Origin: an uncultured Gemmatimonadota bacterium
Lineage (GTDB): Bacteria > Gemmatimonadota > Gemmatimonadetes > Palauibacterales > Palauibacteraceae
Direction: 5' to 3'
Assembly: GCA_964550085.1 (NCBI GenBank)
Contig: CAZJXR010000002.1
Location: 1 to 60,403, forward strand
DNA: 60,403 nucleotides
Below the pieces are notes generated by a model. The model ran no database searches. It saw only the letters and a program-made list of their open reading frames with translations, and was not told the DNA's origin. A program made the position numbers and the translations under genes. This document shows, piece by piece, positions 38,855-46,551 of the stretch. Each line of letters opens with the position of its first letter. Within the stretch, counting starts at the first letter, position 1.

Positions 38855-40540
38855 TCAACCGTCCTGCCCTGCGCCGTTCAGGCGCGGAATCTCATCCGGC
38901 CAGTGTCGCGCCGCCGACAGGAGCGGGTTGAGGGCCACGTACCCGAGCCCGCAGATCGATGTCTCGTTCAACAGCAGCTGGAGCTTCTCGATCGTCTCCC
39001 AATCGATCCCCGTTCCTTCGTCCAGCGCGCGCTCGAGTATGCCTACCGCCTTTTCCGTACCATCGCGGCACGGCACGCACTTTCCGCACGACTCGTTCCG
39101 AAAGAAACGCACCACGTTGGTGGCCAGCGGCAACATCGGTGTTCCTTCGGCCACGACCACCAGTGCCCCCGACCCCATCATGCTGCCGGCACGATCCAGG
39201 GGATCGAAGTCGAACGGCGTTTCCACGGCGGACGCCGGCAGGAAGTTCGACGATGCGCCGCCGGGGGCGAATCCCTTCAGCCCGGCATCGCCGCTGACGC
39301 CTCCCGCGGCTTCGATGAGCTCCCGCACCGGGATGCCGCACGAGATCTCGTACACGCCCGGCCGCCGCACGTGACCGGATACGGCCACGAACTTGAGACC
39401 CGAGCTGCCGTTCGTTCCCAGGCTCTTCCAGTGCTCGGCACCGCGGAGACAGATACCGGGAATGAAAGCGAGCGTCTCAACGTTGTTCATCAACGTCGGT
39501 CTGCCCCATAGTCCCCGCTGCCCCGGAAACGGCGGCTTGTTCCGCGGCTCCCCTCGCTTGTCCTCGAGCGCCTCGAGCAGAGCGGTTTCTTCGCCGAGAA
39601 TGTAACCGCCCGGTGAGACGAAAATCTGGATGTCGAACCCGGTGGCGGTGTCGAACACGGCCGGGCCCAGAGCACCCATCTTCCGGGCCGTCTCGATCTC
39701 CCGCTCGAGGGCGTCGCGCGCCTGCGCATACTCGTGCCGCAGGTAGATGATTCCTTCCGTGGCCCCGATCGCGAATCCACCCAGCGCCATCCCCTCGATC
39801 ACCAGGTGGGGCAGCTCCTCCATGATCACCCGATCCTTGAAGGTGCCGGGCTCGCTTTCGTCCGCGTTGCACACCACGTACTTGGGCGTCGCCTTCTCCT
39901 GTCGCACCAGCTTCCACTTGAGCCCGGTAGGAAAACCCGCGCCTCCCATGCCGCGCAGCCCACTCTCGTCGAGCGTCGCCACCATGGCGTCCCGTGACGC
40001 CTCCGGGTCCGGCGCCTGCACCGCCGCCCGCAGAGCCGAGTAGCGGTCCGTCACATCGGCGTACGGATCGGAACGCCACCTGCGGTCTTCGTTCCGGCGG
40101 CGGCCGGGAGCTTCGGCACCGGTGTCGACGGCGCCGGCCGCGATCCGGGCGGCCAGCTCGGAAGCGCCCTCGAAGCGTTGCGGGCGCCCGTTCACGCGCA
40201 GCGCGGGTGCCAGCTCGCAACAGCCCAGGCAGGAAGCAGGGCGCACGGACACGGACGCGTCCGTCGCGAACCTCTCCTCCACCGCCGCCGCGACCGTGTC
40301 GGCGCCGTTGAGAAAACAGCTCATGTCGCGGCACACGTCGACGGACCACGGGGCACGAGGAGTGGTGCGAAAATGCGGGTAAAAGGAGACCAGTGCCTGA
40401 AGTCGATACAGAGGTACGCGCGTTTCGGTTGCCAGCTCGCGCAGCGACTCCTCGCTCAGAAATCCTCGCTCGGACTGGACGCGTTCGAGTGCGTGTATCA
40501 GCTCCATGGGCCCGGCCGTGGTTGCGGCTCGACCCGCCAC
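38855..40540 (-). CDS. fdsB: NAD-reducing formate dehydrogenase diaphorase subunit: NuoE-like [2Fe-2S] domain fused to NuoF-like FMN/NAD/[4Fe-4S] domain
   Basis: N-term: CRDMSC...SCLGCC (NuoE-type Cys pattern). GLRGMGGAGFPTGLKW (FMN), VVCNADESEPGTFKDR (NADH), ESCGKCVPCR...ICGLG ([4Fe-4S]). Confidence 0.9.
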   Translation of the reverse strand: MAGRAATTAGPMELIHALERVQSERGFLSEESLRELATETRVPLYRLQALVSFYPHFRTTPRAPWSVDVCRDMSCFLNGADTVAAAVEERFATDASVSVRPASCLGCCELAPALRVNGRPQRFEGASELAARIAAGAVDTGAEAPGRRRNEDRRWRSDPYADVTDRYSALRAAVQAPDPEASRDAMVATLDESGLRGMGGAGFPTGLKWKLVRQEKATPKYVVCNADESEPGTFKDRVIMEELPHLVIEGMALGGFAIGATEGIIYLRHEYAQARDALEREIETARKMGALGPAVFDTATGFDIQIFVSPGGYILGEETALLEALEDKRGEPRNKPPFPGQRGLWGRPTLMNNVETLAFIPGICLRGAEHWKSLGTNGSSGLKFVAVSGHVRRPGVYEISCGIPVRELIEAAGGVSGDAGLKGFAPGGASSNFLPASAVETPFDFDPLDRAGSMMGSGALVVVAEGTPMLPLATNVVRFFRNESCGKCVPCRDGTEKAVGILERALDEGTGIDWETIEKLQLLLNETSICGLGYVALNPLLSAARHWPDEIPRLNGAGQDG

Positions 40541-40645
40541 GGCACCGCGGAAACGGGAGCGGGCCAGCGCACGAATATCCGAACGGAACGCCTAAGTGTC
40601 CATCAGAATGAAAAATAGAGATGGTCCGGCGGCGGCGCCAACCGC

Positions 40646-42307
40646 CTACATGCGCTTGTAGCTCGGCCCGCTGCCCCCCTCACGCGGCGTCCATCGGGGT
40701 CCGAGGACGTCCGTGGCCTTACAGTCGACGCAGTTCGGAGCGGCGACGATCAACCGGTCGTCTCTCCACTCGTACACGCCAGCGGGACACATGTGGGCAT
40801 AAAAGCGGGCCACCTCGGGAGGCACAGAGTCGGCCACCACGAGGTGGGACGGAATGTCGTCCCGGGTCGTGTTTCCGGATCGGAACACGGCATCGACCTT
40901 GCTGAAGGTCAGCGTCCCATCCGGGGTGAGCTCCGTCTCGCCATCCACGACCCGGCTCTCGGCCGCATCGGTCCGCACCCGGATCGTGCCCCCCGGCAAC
41001 CCGCCCCTCGTCGCCTCCATCAGGGAAGCCTTGGCGCCGCCGACAAAAAAGCCATCCTTGAACGCCAGCCGCATGTTCCGGGTTCGATACAGGTCCTCCC
41101 GGATGGCGCTCGCGCGCACCAGGGTGTCGTAGGCGCCGAGCTGTACCGCCGACACGTCATCCTGTTCGAGCGCCGAGAAGATCGTGCGCGCCGCCAGGGT
41201 GCCCGCCTGCACGGCGTAGTGGATGCCCTTCAGCGCCGCCACGTTCACCATCCCGGCCGCGTCTCCGGCGATGAGGACGCCGTCGCCATGCAGCCGGTTC
41301 GGAAGCGAGTGGTAGCCCCCTTCTGGGATTGTCTTGGCCCCCCACTCCACCATCTCACCGCCCTCCAAATGGGGCCGGATCAGCGGATGGAGCTTGAAGC
41401 GTTGAAGCAGCTCGTGCACATCGAGTCCGCTGTCCGGATAGTCGAGCCCGACGACGAGGCCAATCGCGATCAGGTCATCCGCCATCGGATAAAGAAAACT
41501 GCCGCCGAAGGCGTTGCTCGGAAGCGGCCAACCGAGAGTGTGGACGACCGCGTCGAGCGGGCGCCGGGTCTGCCACAGCTCCTTCACCCCGAGCGCGAAG
41601 ATCTGCGGGTTGACCGATCCGATTCCCTGTCTGCGCATGTACGCCTGCGAAAGAGACCCGCGCGTGCCGTCGCACAGCACGGTCACCCGTGCGGCCAGGT
41701 CGGTGGCCGGCATGTGACCGCTTCCCGGCCGGCCGTCTCGGTCGAGCCCGGCCGGCGTGGTTCGAACTCCGAGCACCCGGTCGTTGTCGACCAGCAGAGA
41801 CTCGGCCGGGAACCCCGTGAACAGGTGGACGCCGAGCGTCTCGGCCTGCTCGCCCATCCAGCGCACGATCTCGCAGATCGACGCCACGTGATTGCCGTGA
41901 TTCCTCATCGACGGCGGTGTCGGGATCCGCAGGTGGCGTCCTTCGGTCAGCACGTAGACACGTTCGCGAGTCACCGGCCCCCGAAACGGCAGATCGTCCG
42001 GCGACACATCCGGGAACAGTTCGAGAAACGGACCCGGGGTCACGACTGCGCCCGACAGTGTGTGCTCGCCGAGGCTCTCCGACTTCTCGAGCACGCCGAT
42101 CTCCAGCTCGCCGACCGAGCCGCCCGCCGCCGCATCGTCGCGGGCCAACCGGGCCAGCGCGATCGCGCCTGCCAGCCCCGCCGGCCCGGCACCCACGAAC
42201 AGAACATCCAGCGGCACCGCTTCCTCCCCCGGAGGCTCGGCGACGATGAACCGGTCCTCGGGAAACGGGGGCTGAAACTCCGCCGGCACGAAGGCGCGCG
42301 CGCTCAT
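40646..42307 (-). CDS. electron-transfer flavoprotein:ubiquinone oxidoreductase
   Basis: VLFVGAGPAGLAGA FAD motif. C-terminal ferredoxin-like CPAGVYEW...NCVDCKATDV...W..PEGGSGP.Y..M, characteristic of ETF-QO. Confidence 0.9.
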   Translation of the reverse strand: MSARAFVPAEFQPPFPEDRFIVAEPPGEEAVPLDVLFVGAGPAGLAGAIALARLARDDAAAGGSVGELEIGVLEKSESLGEHTLSGAVVTPGPFLELFPDVSPDDLPFRGPVTRERVYVLTEGRHLRIPTPPSMRNHGNHVASICEIVRWMGEQAETLGVHLFTGFPAESLLVDNDRVLGVRTTPAGLDRDGRPGSGHMPATDLAARVTVLCDGTRGSLSQAYMRRQGIGSVNPQIFALGVKELWQTRRPLDAVVHTLGWPLPSNAFGGSFLYPMADDLIAIGLVVGLDYPDSGLDVHELLQRFKLHPLIRPHLEGGEMVEWGAKTIPEGGYHSLPNRLHGDGVLIAGDAAGMVNVAALKGIHYAVQAGTLAARTIFSALEQDDVSAVQLGAYDTLVRASAIREDLYRTRNMRLAFKDGFFVGGAKASLMEATRGGLPGGTIRVRTDAAESRVVDGETELTPDGTLTFSKVDAVFRSGNTTRDDIPSHLVVADSVPPEVARFYAHMCPAGVYEWRDDRLIVAAPNCVDCKATDVLGPRWTPREGGSGPSYKRM

Positions 42308-42329
42308 GGGGCAGGAAGATGTCCGCCGC

Positions 42330-43793
42330 TCAACGCGCCCGCCACAGGTCCGGATGGAACAGGAGCATCACGGTGAAGATCTCTAGCCGTCCGACGACCA
42401 TGAGGAAGATCAGTACCAGGTGTGACGCGGCTCCCATCGAGCCGTAGTGATCGACCGCCCCCACAGCACCGATTCCCGGACCGATGTTGCCGATGCTGGC
42501 CGCGCTGGCCCCGATCGATGTCGCCAGGTCGTGGCCGAAAAAAGCCAGTGCGAGAACGCCAGCGCAGAAGAGACCTATATACATCATGGCGAACCCGAAC
42601 ACGTTGAGCACGATCTCGTCTCGCACCACCGAGCCGTGTGTCCGCCCGATCCGGGCGACGAGGACGGCGCGCGGGTGCAGCGCCTTCTTCAACTCGAGAA
42701 ACCCCTGACTGAGAAGCACGTGGACCCGCATGGCCTTGATCCCTCCGGCGGTTGAGCCGGCCATGCCGCCGACGAACATGAGCGCGACCAGCACGAGCTG
42801 CGGGGCGAGCCCCCAGAGCTCGTAGTCGCGGGTGACGAAACCCGTCGTGGTCCCGATCGACACGGTCTGGAACAGAGAGTCCCGAAAGGCGCGCTCGAAG
42901 CCGAGATTCGCATACGATCCCTGCAAGAGGACGAACAGCAGGATAGCCAGGGTGGCGACGACCAGGATCTTCAGGTAGAAGCGCCACCGCGGGTCGCGGC
43001 TGTAAGCCCGCAGGTCGCCGGCCAGCGCCTTGTAGTGGAGAGCGAAGTTCACCCCCGCCAGGTACATGAACGCGACCGTCACGTACTGGATGAAGGGCGA
43101 CTCGAAGGCGCCGATAGAAGCGTTTCGTGGCGAGAAACCGCCCGTCGACAGGGTGCTCAGGGAGTGCGCGACGGCGTCGAACGCCGGCATGCCGCCGATC
43201 AGGTAGAGCGCGATCTGACCGAGGGTGAGGCCCGCATAGACATACCACAACAGCTTCGCCGTCTGGGTGATACGGGGCTGGAGCCGCTCCGGCACCGGTC
43301 CCGGTACCTCGGCGCGAAACAGCTGCATCCCCCCGATGCCGAGGAACGGCAGGATCGCGATGCCGAGGACGATGATCCCCATCCCGCCCAGCCACTGCGT
43401 GAACGAGCGCCAGAACAGGATGCCGTGCGGCAATGCCTCGATGTTCGAGAACACTGTCGCCCCGGTCGTGGTAAAGCCCGAGAACGACTCGAACAGCGCT
43501 TTCACCGGCGAGTCCACGACGGCGGCGAGCCAATACGGCAGCGCTCCGACCGTGCCGACCGCCAACCACGCCAGCGACACGATCGCGTAACCCTCGCGTG
43601 TCGTGATGTCTCCCTCGAGCCGGGTGGTGCGATAGGCAACCAGGCCGAGCACGGCCGAAACGACCGTGGTGACGACGAAGGCCGGCCAATCGGGCCCCCT
43701 GTACAGCACGGCCACCAGAGTCGTCACCGCCAGGGCGACGCTCAGCGCGATGAGGATGATCCCGGCGAGATGGAGGAGGTGGCGAAGCCTCAC
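42330..43793 (-). CDS. trkH: Trk-type potassium uptake protein, membrane subunit
   Basis: ~10 hydrophobic segments with repeated selectivity-filter-like motifs (FTTTGAT, LSTGGFS, GTTTGF, STAGGIK). Confidence 0.92.
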   Translation of the reverse strand: MRLRHLLHLAGIILIALSVALAVTTLVAVLYRGPDWPAFVVTTVVSAVLGLVAYRTTRLEGDITTREGYAIVSLAWLAVGTVGALPYWLAAVVDSPVKALFESFSGFTTTGATVFSNIEALPHGILFWRSFTQWLGGMGIIVLGIAILPFLGIGGMQLFRAEVPGPVPERLQPRITQTAKLLWYVYAGLTLGQIALYLIGGMPAFDAVAHSLSTLSTGGFSPRNASIGAFESPFIQYVTVAFMYLAGVNFALHYKALAGDLRAYSRDPRWRFYLKILVVATLAILLFVLLQGSYANLGFERAFRDSLFQTVSIGTTTGFVTRDYELWGLAPQLVLVALMFVGGMAGSTAGGIKAMRVHVLLSQGFLELKKALHPRAVLVARIGRTHGSVVRDEIVLNVFGFAMMYIGLFCAGVLALAFFGHDLATSIGASAASIGNIGPGIGAVGAVDHYGSMGAASHLVLIFLMVVGRLEIFTVMLLFHPDLWRAR

Positions 43794-45133
43794 CTCAACA
43801 GGCGCTCCACTTCGGGGATCGCCTTCGGTAGGGCGACGATGATGACGCGGTCGCCCGCTTCGACGGCATCGCCGCCGCGCGGGATGATCACCGTGCCGTC
43901 ACGCAGGATGGCCCCGACCACGCACCCGTCGGGAAGAGCGAGATCCCGGAGCGGCCTGCCGATGATCCGGGCGTGGGCCCCCACGTTGAGCTCCATCGCC
44001 TCGGCGCCCGTACCCTTGAGAGTCGCGATGCGCAGGACGTCGCGTCCTTTTACGTAGCTCAGGATCGCGTTCACTGTCGACATGCGGGGCGACACCGCCG
44101 CGTCGATCCCGACTTTCGTCACCAGCGGTATGTAGTCGAGGCGGTTGACAAGACTGACGACCTTGCGCGCCCCACTCGTCTTGGCGAGCAGGCCGGAGAG
44201 CATGTTCGTCTCATCGTGGCCGGTACTGGCCACGAACCCGTCGACGCCACCGACCCCCTCCACCTCGAGCAGCTCGATGTCGGTGGCATCTCCATGCAGA
44301 ACGAGCGTTTTTGGGAGCGACTCCGCCAGCTCGACGCAACGACGGCGGTCGACATCGAGAATCGTGCTCTCGACATCGTGCGCTTCCAGGTGCTGAGCCA
44401 GAAACAGCGCCTCTTCGCTGCCGCCGGCGATCATCACGCGGCGCAGCTCGAACCGCTCGTAGCCGGCCAGCCGAGGAATGGCTGGCAAATCGGCCGCCGT
44501 GGTGAGGACGAAGATGTGGTCGCCGGCCTCGATGCGGCTGGCTCCAGTCGGAATCTCCGTCTCGCCGTCCCGGACGATAGCGACGCTCGTATAGCGCCGG
44601 CCTTTGAGCTCCCGATCCAGCTCCTGCAGCGTCTTGCCGGCCACCCGGGCGCTCTCCTTCACACGGAGGCCGATAAGCAGCACCCGTCCGTCGGCGAACT
44701 TGACCAGATCGGTCGCCGCCACGCTGCTCAGCAGCTGAAACATCTCCCACGCGCTTTCCCGCTCCGGATTGACCATCAGGTCGATCCCGAGCTCTTCCCG
44801 GGACAGCACTTCGCTCCGCTCGTAGTATTCGGGACTGCTGATGCGGGCCACGATGAACGGAACGTCCTGGCGTGAGGCCGCCAGGCTGCTCACCAGGTTG
44901 ACCTCGTCCCGGCTCGTTACCGCGAGCAGCACGTCCGCCCTGGAGATCTCGGCCTGCTTGAGCACCGGAGCGGAGGCACCGTTGCCTGCGACGACCAACA
45001 CGTCGAGCTGATCGCTCACGTAGCTGGCGCGCTCCCCATCCGACTCGATGAGAACCACGTCTTGGCCCTGCTCGGAGAGCTTCTGAGCCAGCGTGAAGCC
45101 GACCGCACCGGCTCCGACGATGATGACCCTCAC
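43790..45133 (-). CDS. trkA: Trk system potassium uptake protein TrkA (two RCK/NAD-binding modules)
   Basis: GTG 45133: VRVIIVGAGAVGFTLAQKL, plus a second Rossmann motif RVMIAGGSEEALFLAQHL. Stop overlaps the trkH start. The track ORF to 45277 is over-extended. Confidence 0.92.
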   Translation of the reverse strand: MRVIIVGAGAVGFTLAQKLSEQGQDVVLIESDGERASYVSDQLDVLVVAGNGASAPVLKQAEISRADVLLAVTSRDEVNLVSSLAASRQDVPFIVARISSPEYYERSEVLSREELGIDLMVNPERESAWEMFQLLSSVAATDLVKFADGRVLLIGLRVKESARVAGKTLQELDRELKGRRYTSVAIVRDGETEIPTGASRIEAGDHIFVLTTAADLPAIPRLAGYERFELRRVMIAGGSEEALFLAQHLEAHDVESTILDVDRRRCVELAESLPKTLVLHGDATDIELLEVEGVGGVDGFVASTGHDETNMLSGLLAKTSGARKVVSLVNRLDYIPLVTKVGIDAAVSPRMSTVNAILSYVKGRDVLRIATLKGTGAEAMELNVGAHARIIGRPLRDLALPDGCVVGAILRDGTVIIPRGGDAVEAGDRVIIVALPKAIPEVERLLR

Positions 45134-45143
45134 CGAGTCGCTC

Positions 45144-46352
45144 TCACGGCCGGTCGTCTGTCGCCGGAGCCGCTGCCGGGGATCCGGCCCGGGTCCCGCC
45201 CGCCGGAGCGAGGGGCTCGTACGCGCGAAGTATCTCCAGCACGCGATCCACGGGCAGCGCTTCGACGCTCCGTCCACGGTACCCGCGAACCGTCGTCGCC
45301 CGCAGGAGGGAATTCAGCACCGCCTCCTCGGTCGCTTCCACCACGGCGCGGAAGAGTTCGGAAAGGACGCGCCCTTCCCGCAGGGTGACCGCATCGTCCG
45401 AGGTCGAGAAGGCGATGGCATAGTCGCCCGACCCGTGTGACATGACCGACCCGGTCCGCGCGATGCCCAGAAACGCCCGCGCCGCCAGCCGCTCGAGCTC
45501 CCGGTGCGCGAGCGGTGCGTCGGTGGCGATCACGATGATCACCGACCCGTCGGAGCGCTCGGCCGCCGCACTCTCGCGCATGATCTCCCCCACCGGCACG
45601 CCGTCCACCCGGAGAAGACCTCCGTAGTTTGTCTGCACGAGGACGCCGAGCGTGTACGTACCCTCGGCGGTGGTCAGAAGGCGGGAGGAAGTGCCGATCC
45701 CACCCTTGAAGCCGAGCGCCGTGGTTCCTGTCCCCGCGCCGACACTTCCCTCCTCCACCGGTCCGGCGCGGGCCGAACGCAGCGCCGCCCGCACGTGTTC
45801 CGGCTGGATCGGTCGGGCTCGAATATCGCTCAGGTAACCGTCGTTCGTTTCGCCGACGACCGGATTCAAAGAACGGACCTCCCGGTTCTCCGGCTCCATG
45901 AGCAGAGTGTCGATCAACGCATCGGCGACCCGGAAGGTACTCAGGGTGCCGGTGAGCAGGATCGGTGTCTCGATCTCGCCCAGCTCGTTGACCTGTGTCG
46001 AGCCGACCAGCTTGCCGTATCCGTTGCCGACCGCGATCGCGGCACGCACCTTCTCCTGGACGAGGTTCCCCCCGTGTGGGAGGATGGCGGTGACCCCGGT
46101 TCGAATCGAGTCACCCTCCCACAACGTGTAGTGGCCCACGAGCACTCCCGACACGTCGGTGATCGCGTTCAGTGGCCCGGGCTCGAGCACCCCGATCGTG
46201 ACCCCGATGTCGCGGGCCCGCGGTCGGTCCTGAATTCGGGCCGCATCGACGGGTCGAGGCGCAACGGCGGTCGTGATCGCGACTACCATCATCACTCGCT
46301 GGGGGGCGGCGACAACGCGCCGGCGCCCGAGAGCGTTCAGTGCGCGTGGCAT
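45144..46352 (-). CDS. P1 (DmpA/S58) family aminopeptidase, secreted
   Basis: ITDV.GV.VGH.T, TG.TAILP, VGETNDG.L, GAGTGTTALGFKGGIGTSS (self-processing Gly-Ser/Thr region). N-terminal signal-like segment. Confidence 0.85.
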   Translation of the reverse strand: MPRALNALGRRRVVAAPQRVMMVVAITTAVAPRPVDAARIQDRPRARDIGVTIGVLEPGPLNAITDVSGVLVGHYTLWEGDSIRTGVTAILPHGGNLVQEKVRAAIAVGNGYGKLVGSTQVNELGEIETPILLTGTLSTFRVADALIDTLLMEPENREVRSLNPVVGETNDGYLSDIRARPIQPEHVRAALRSARAGPVEEGSVGAGTGTTALGFKGGIGTSSRLLTTAEGTYTLGVLVQTNYGGLLRVDGVPVGEIMRESAAAERSDGSVIIVIATDAPLAHRELERLAARAFLGIARTGSVMSHGSGDYAIAFSTSDDAVTLREGRVLSELFRAVVEATEEAVLNSLLRATTVRGYRGRSVEALPVDRVLEILRAYEPLAPAGGTRAGSPAAAPATDDRP

Positions 46353-46491
46353 CCGGTGACCGTGGAACTAGCAGGTCGCTTGAGACGCTGCGCTCTCCGC
46401 AGCGCGCGGGCCAAACTACAGCGGCGGCCGGGCAACCGGACAGGGGCCGACGGCTGTTCGACTCGAGGCGATGGGAACAGCCGGATGTGAA

Positions 46492-46514
46492 GAAGGCCGG
46501 ACATGCCGGCCTTC
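46492..46514 (-). terminator. perfect 9-bp hairpin downstream of the JAB-like gene (terminator-like, weak U tract)
   Basis: GAAGGCCGG-acatg-CCGGCCTTC, 38 nt after stop 46552. The minus-strand 3' flank is TTCACATCC (only two leading U), so intrinsic-terminator status is uncertain. Confidence 0.4.
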
Positions 46515-46551
46515 CAGGTAAGCGTGCCGTCGCGCTGGCGGCAGGGCGAGT

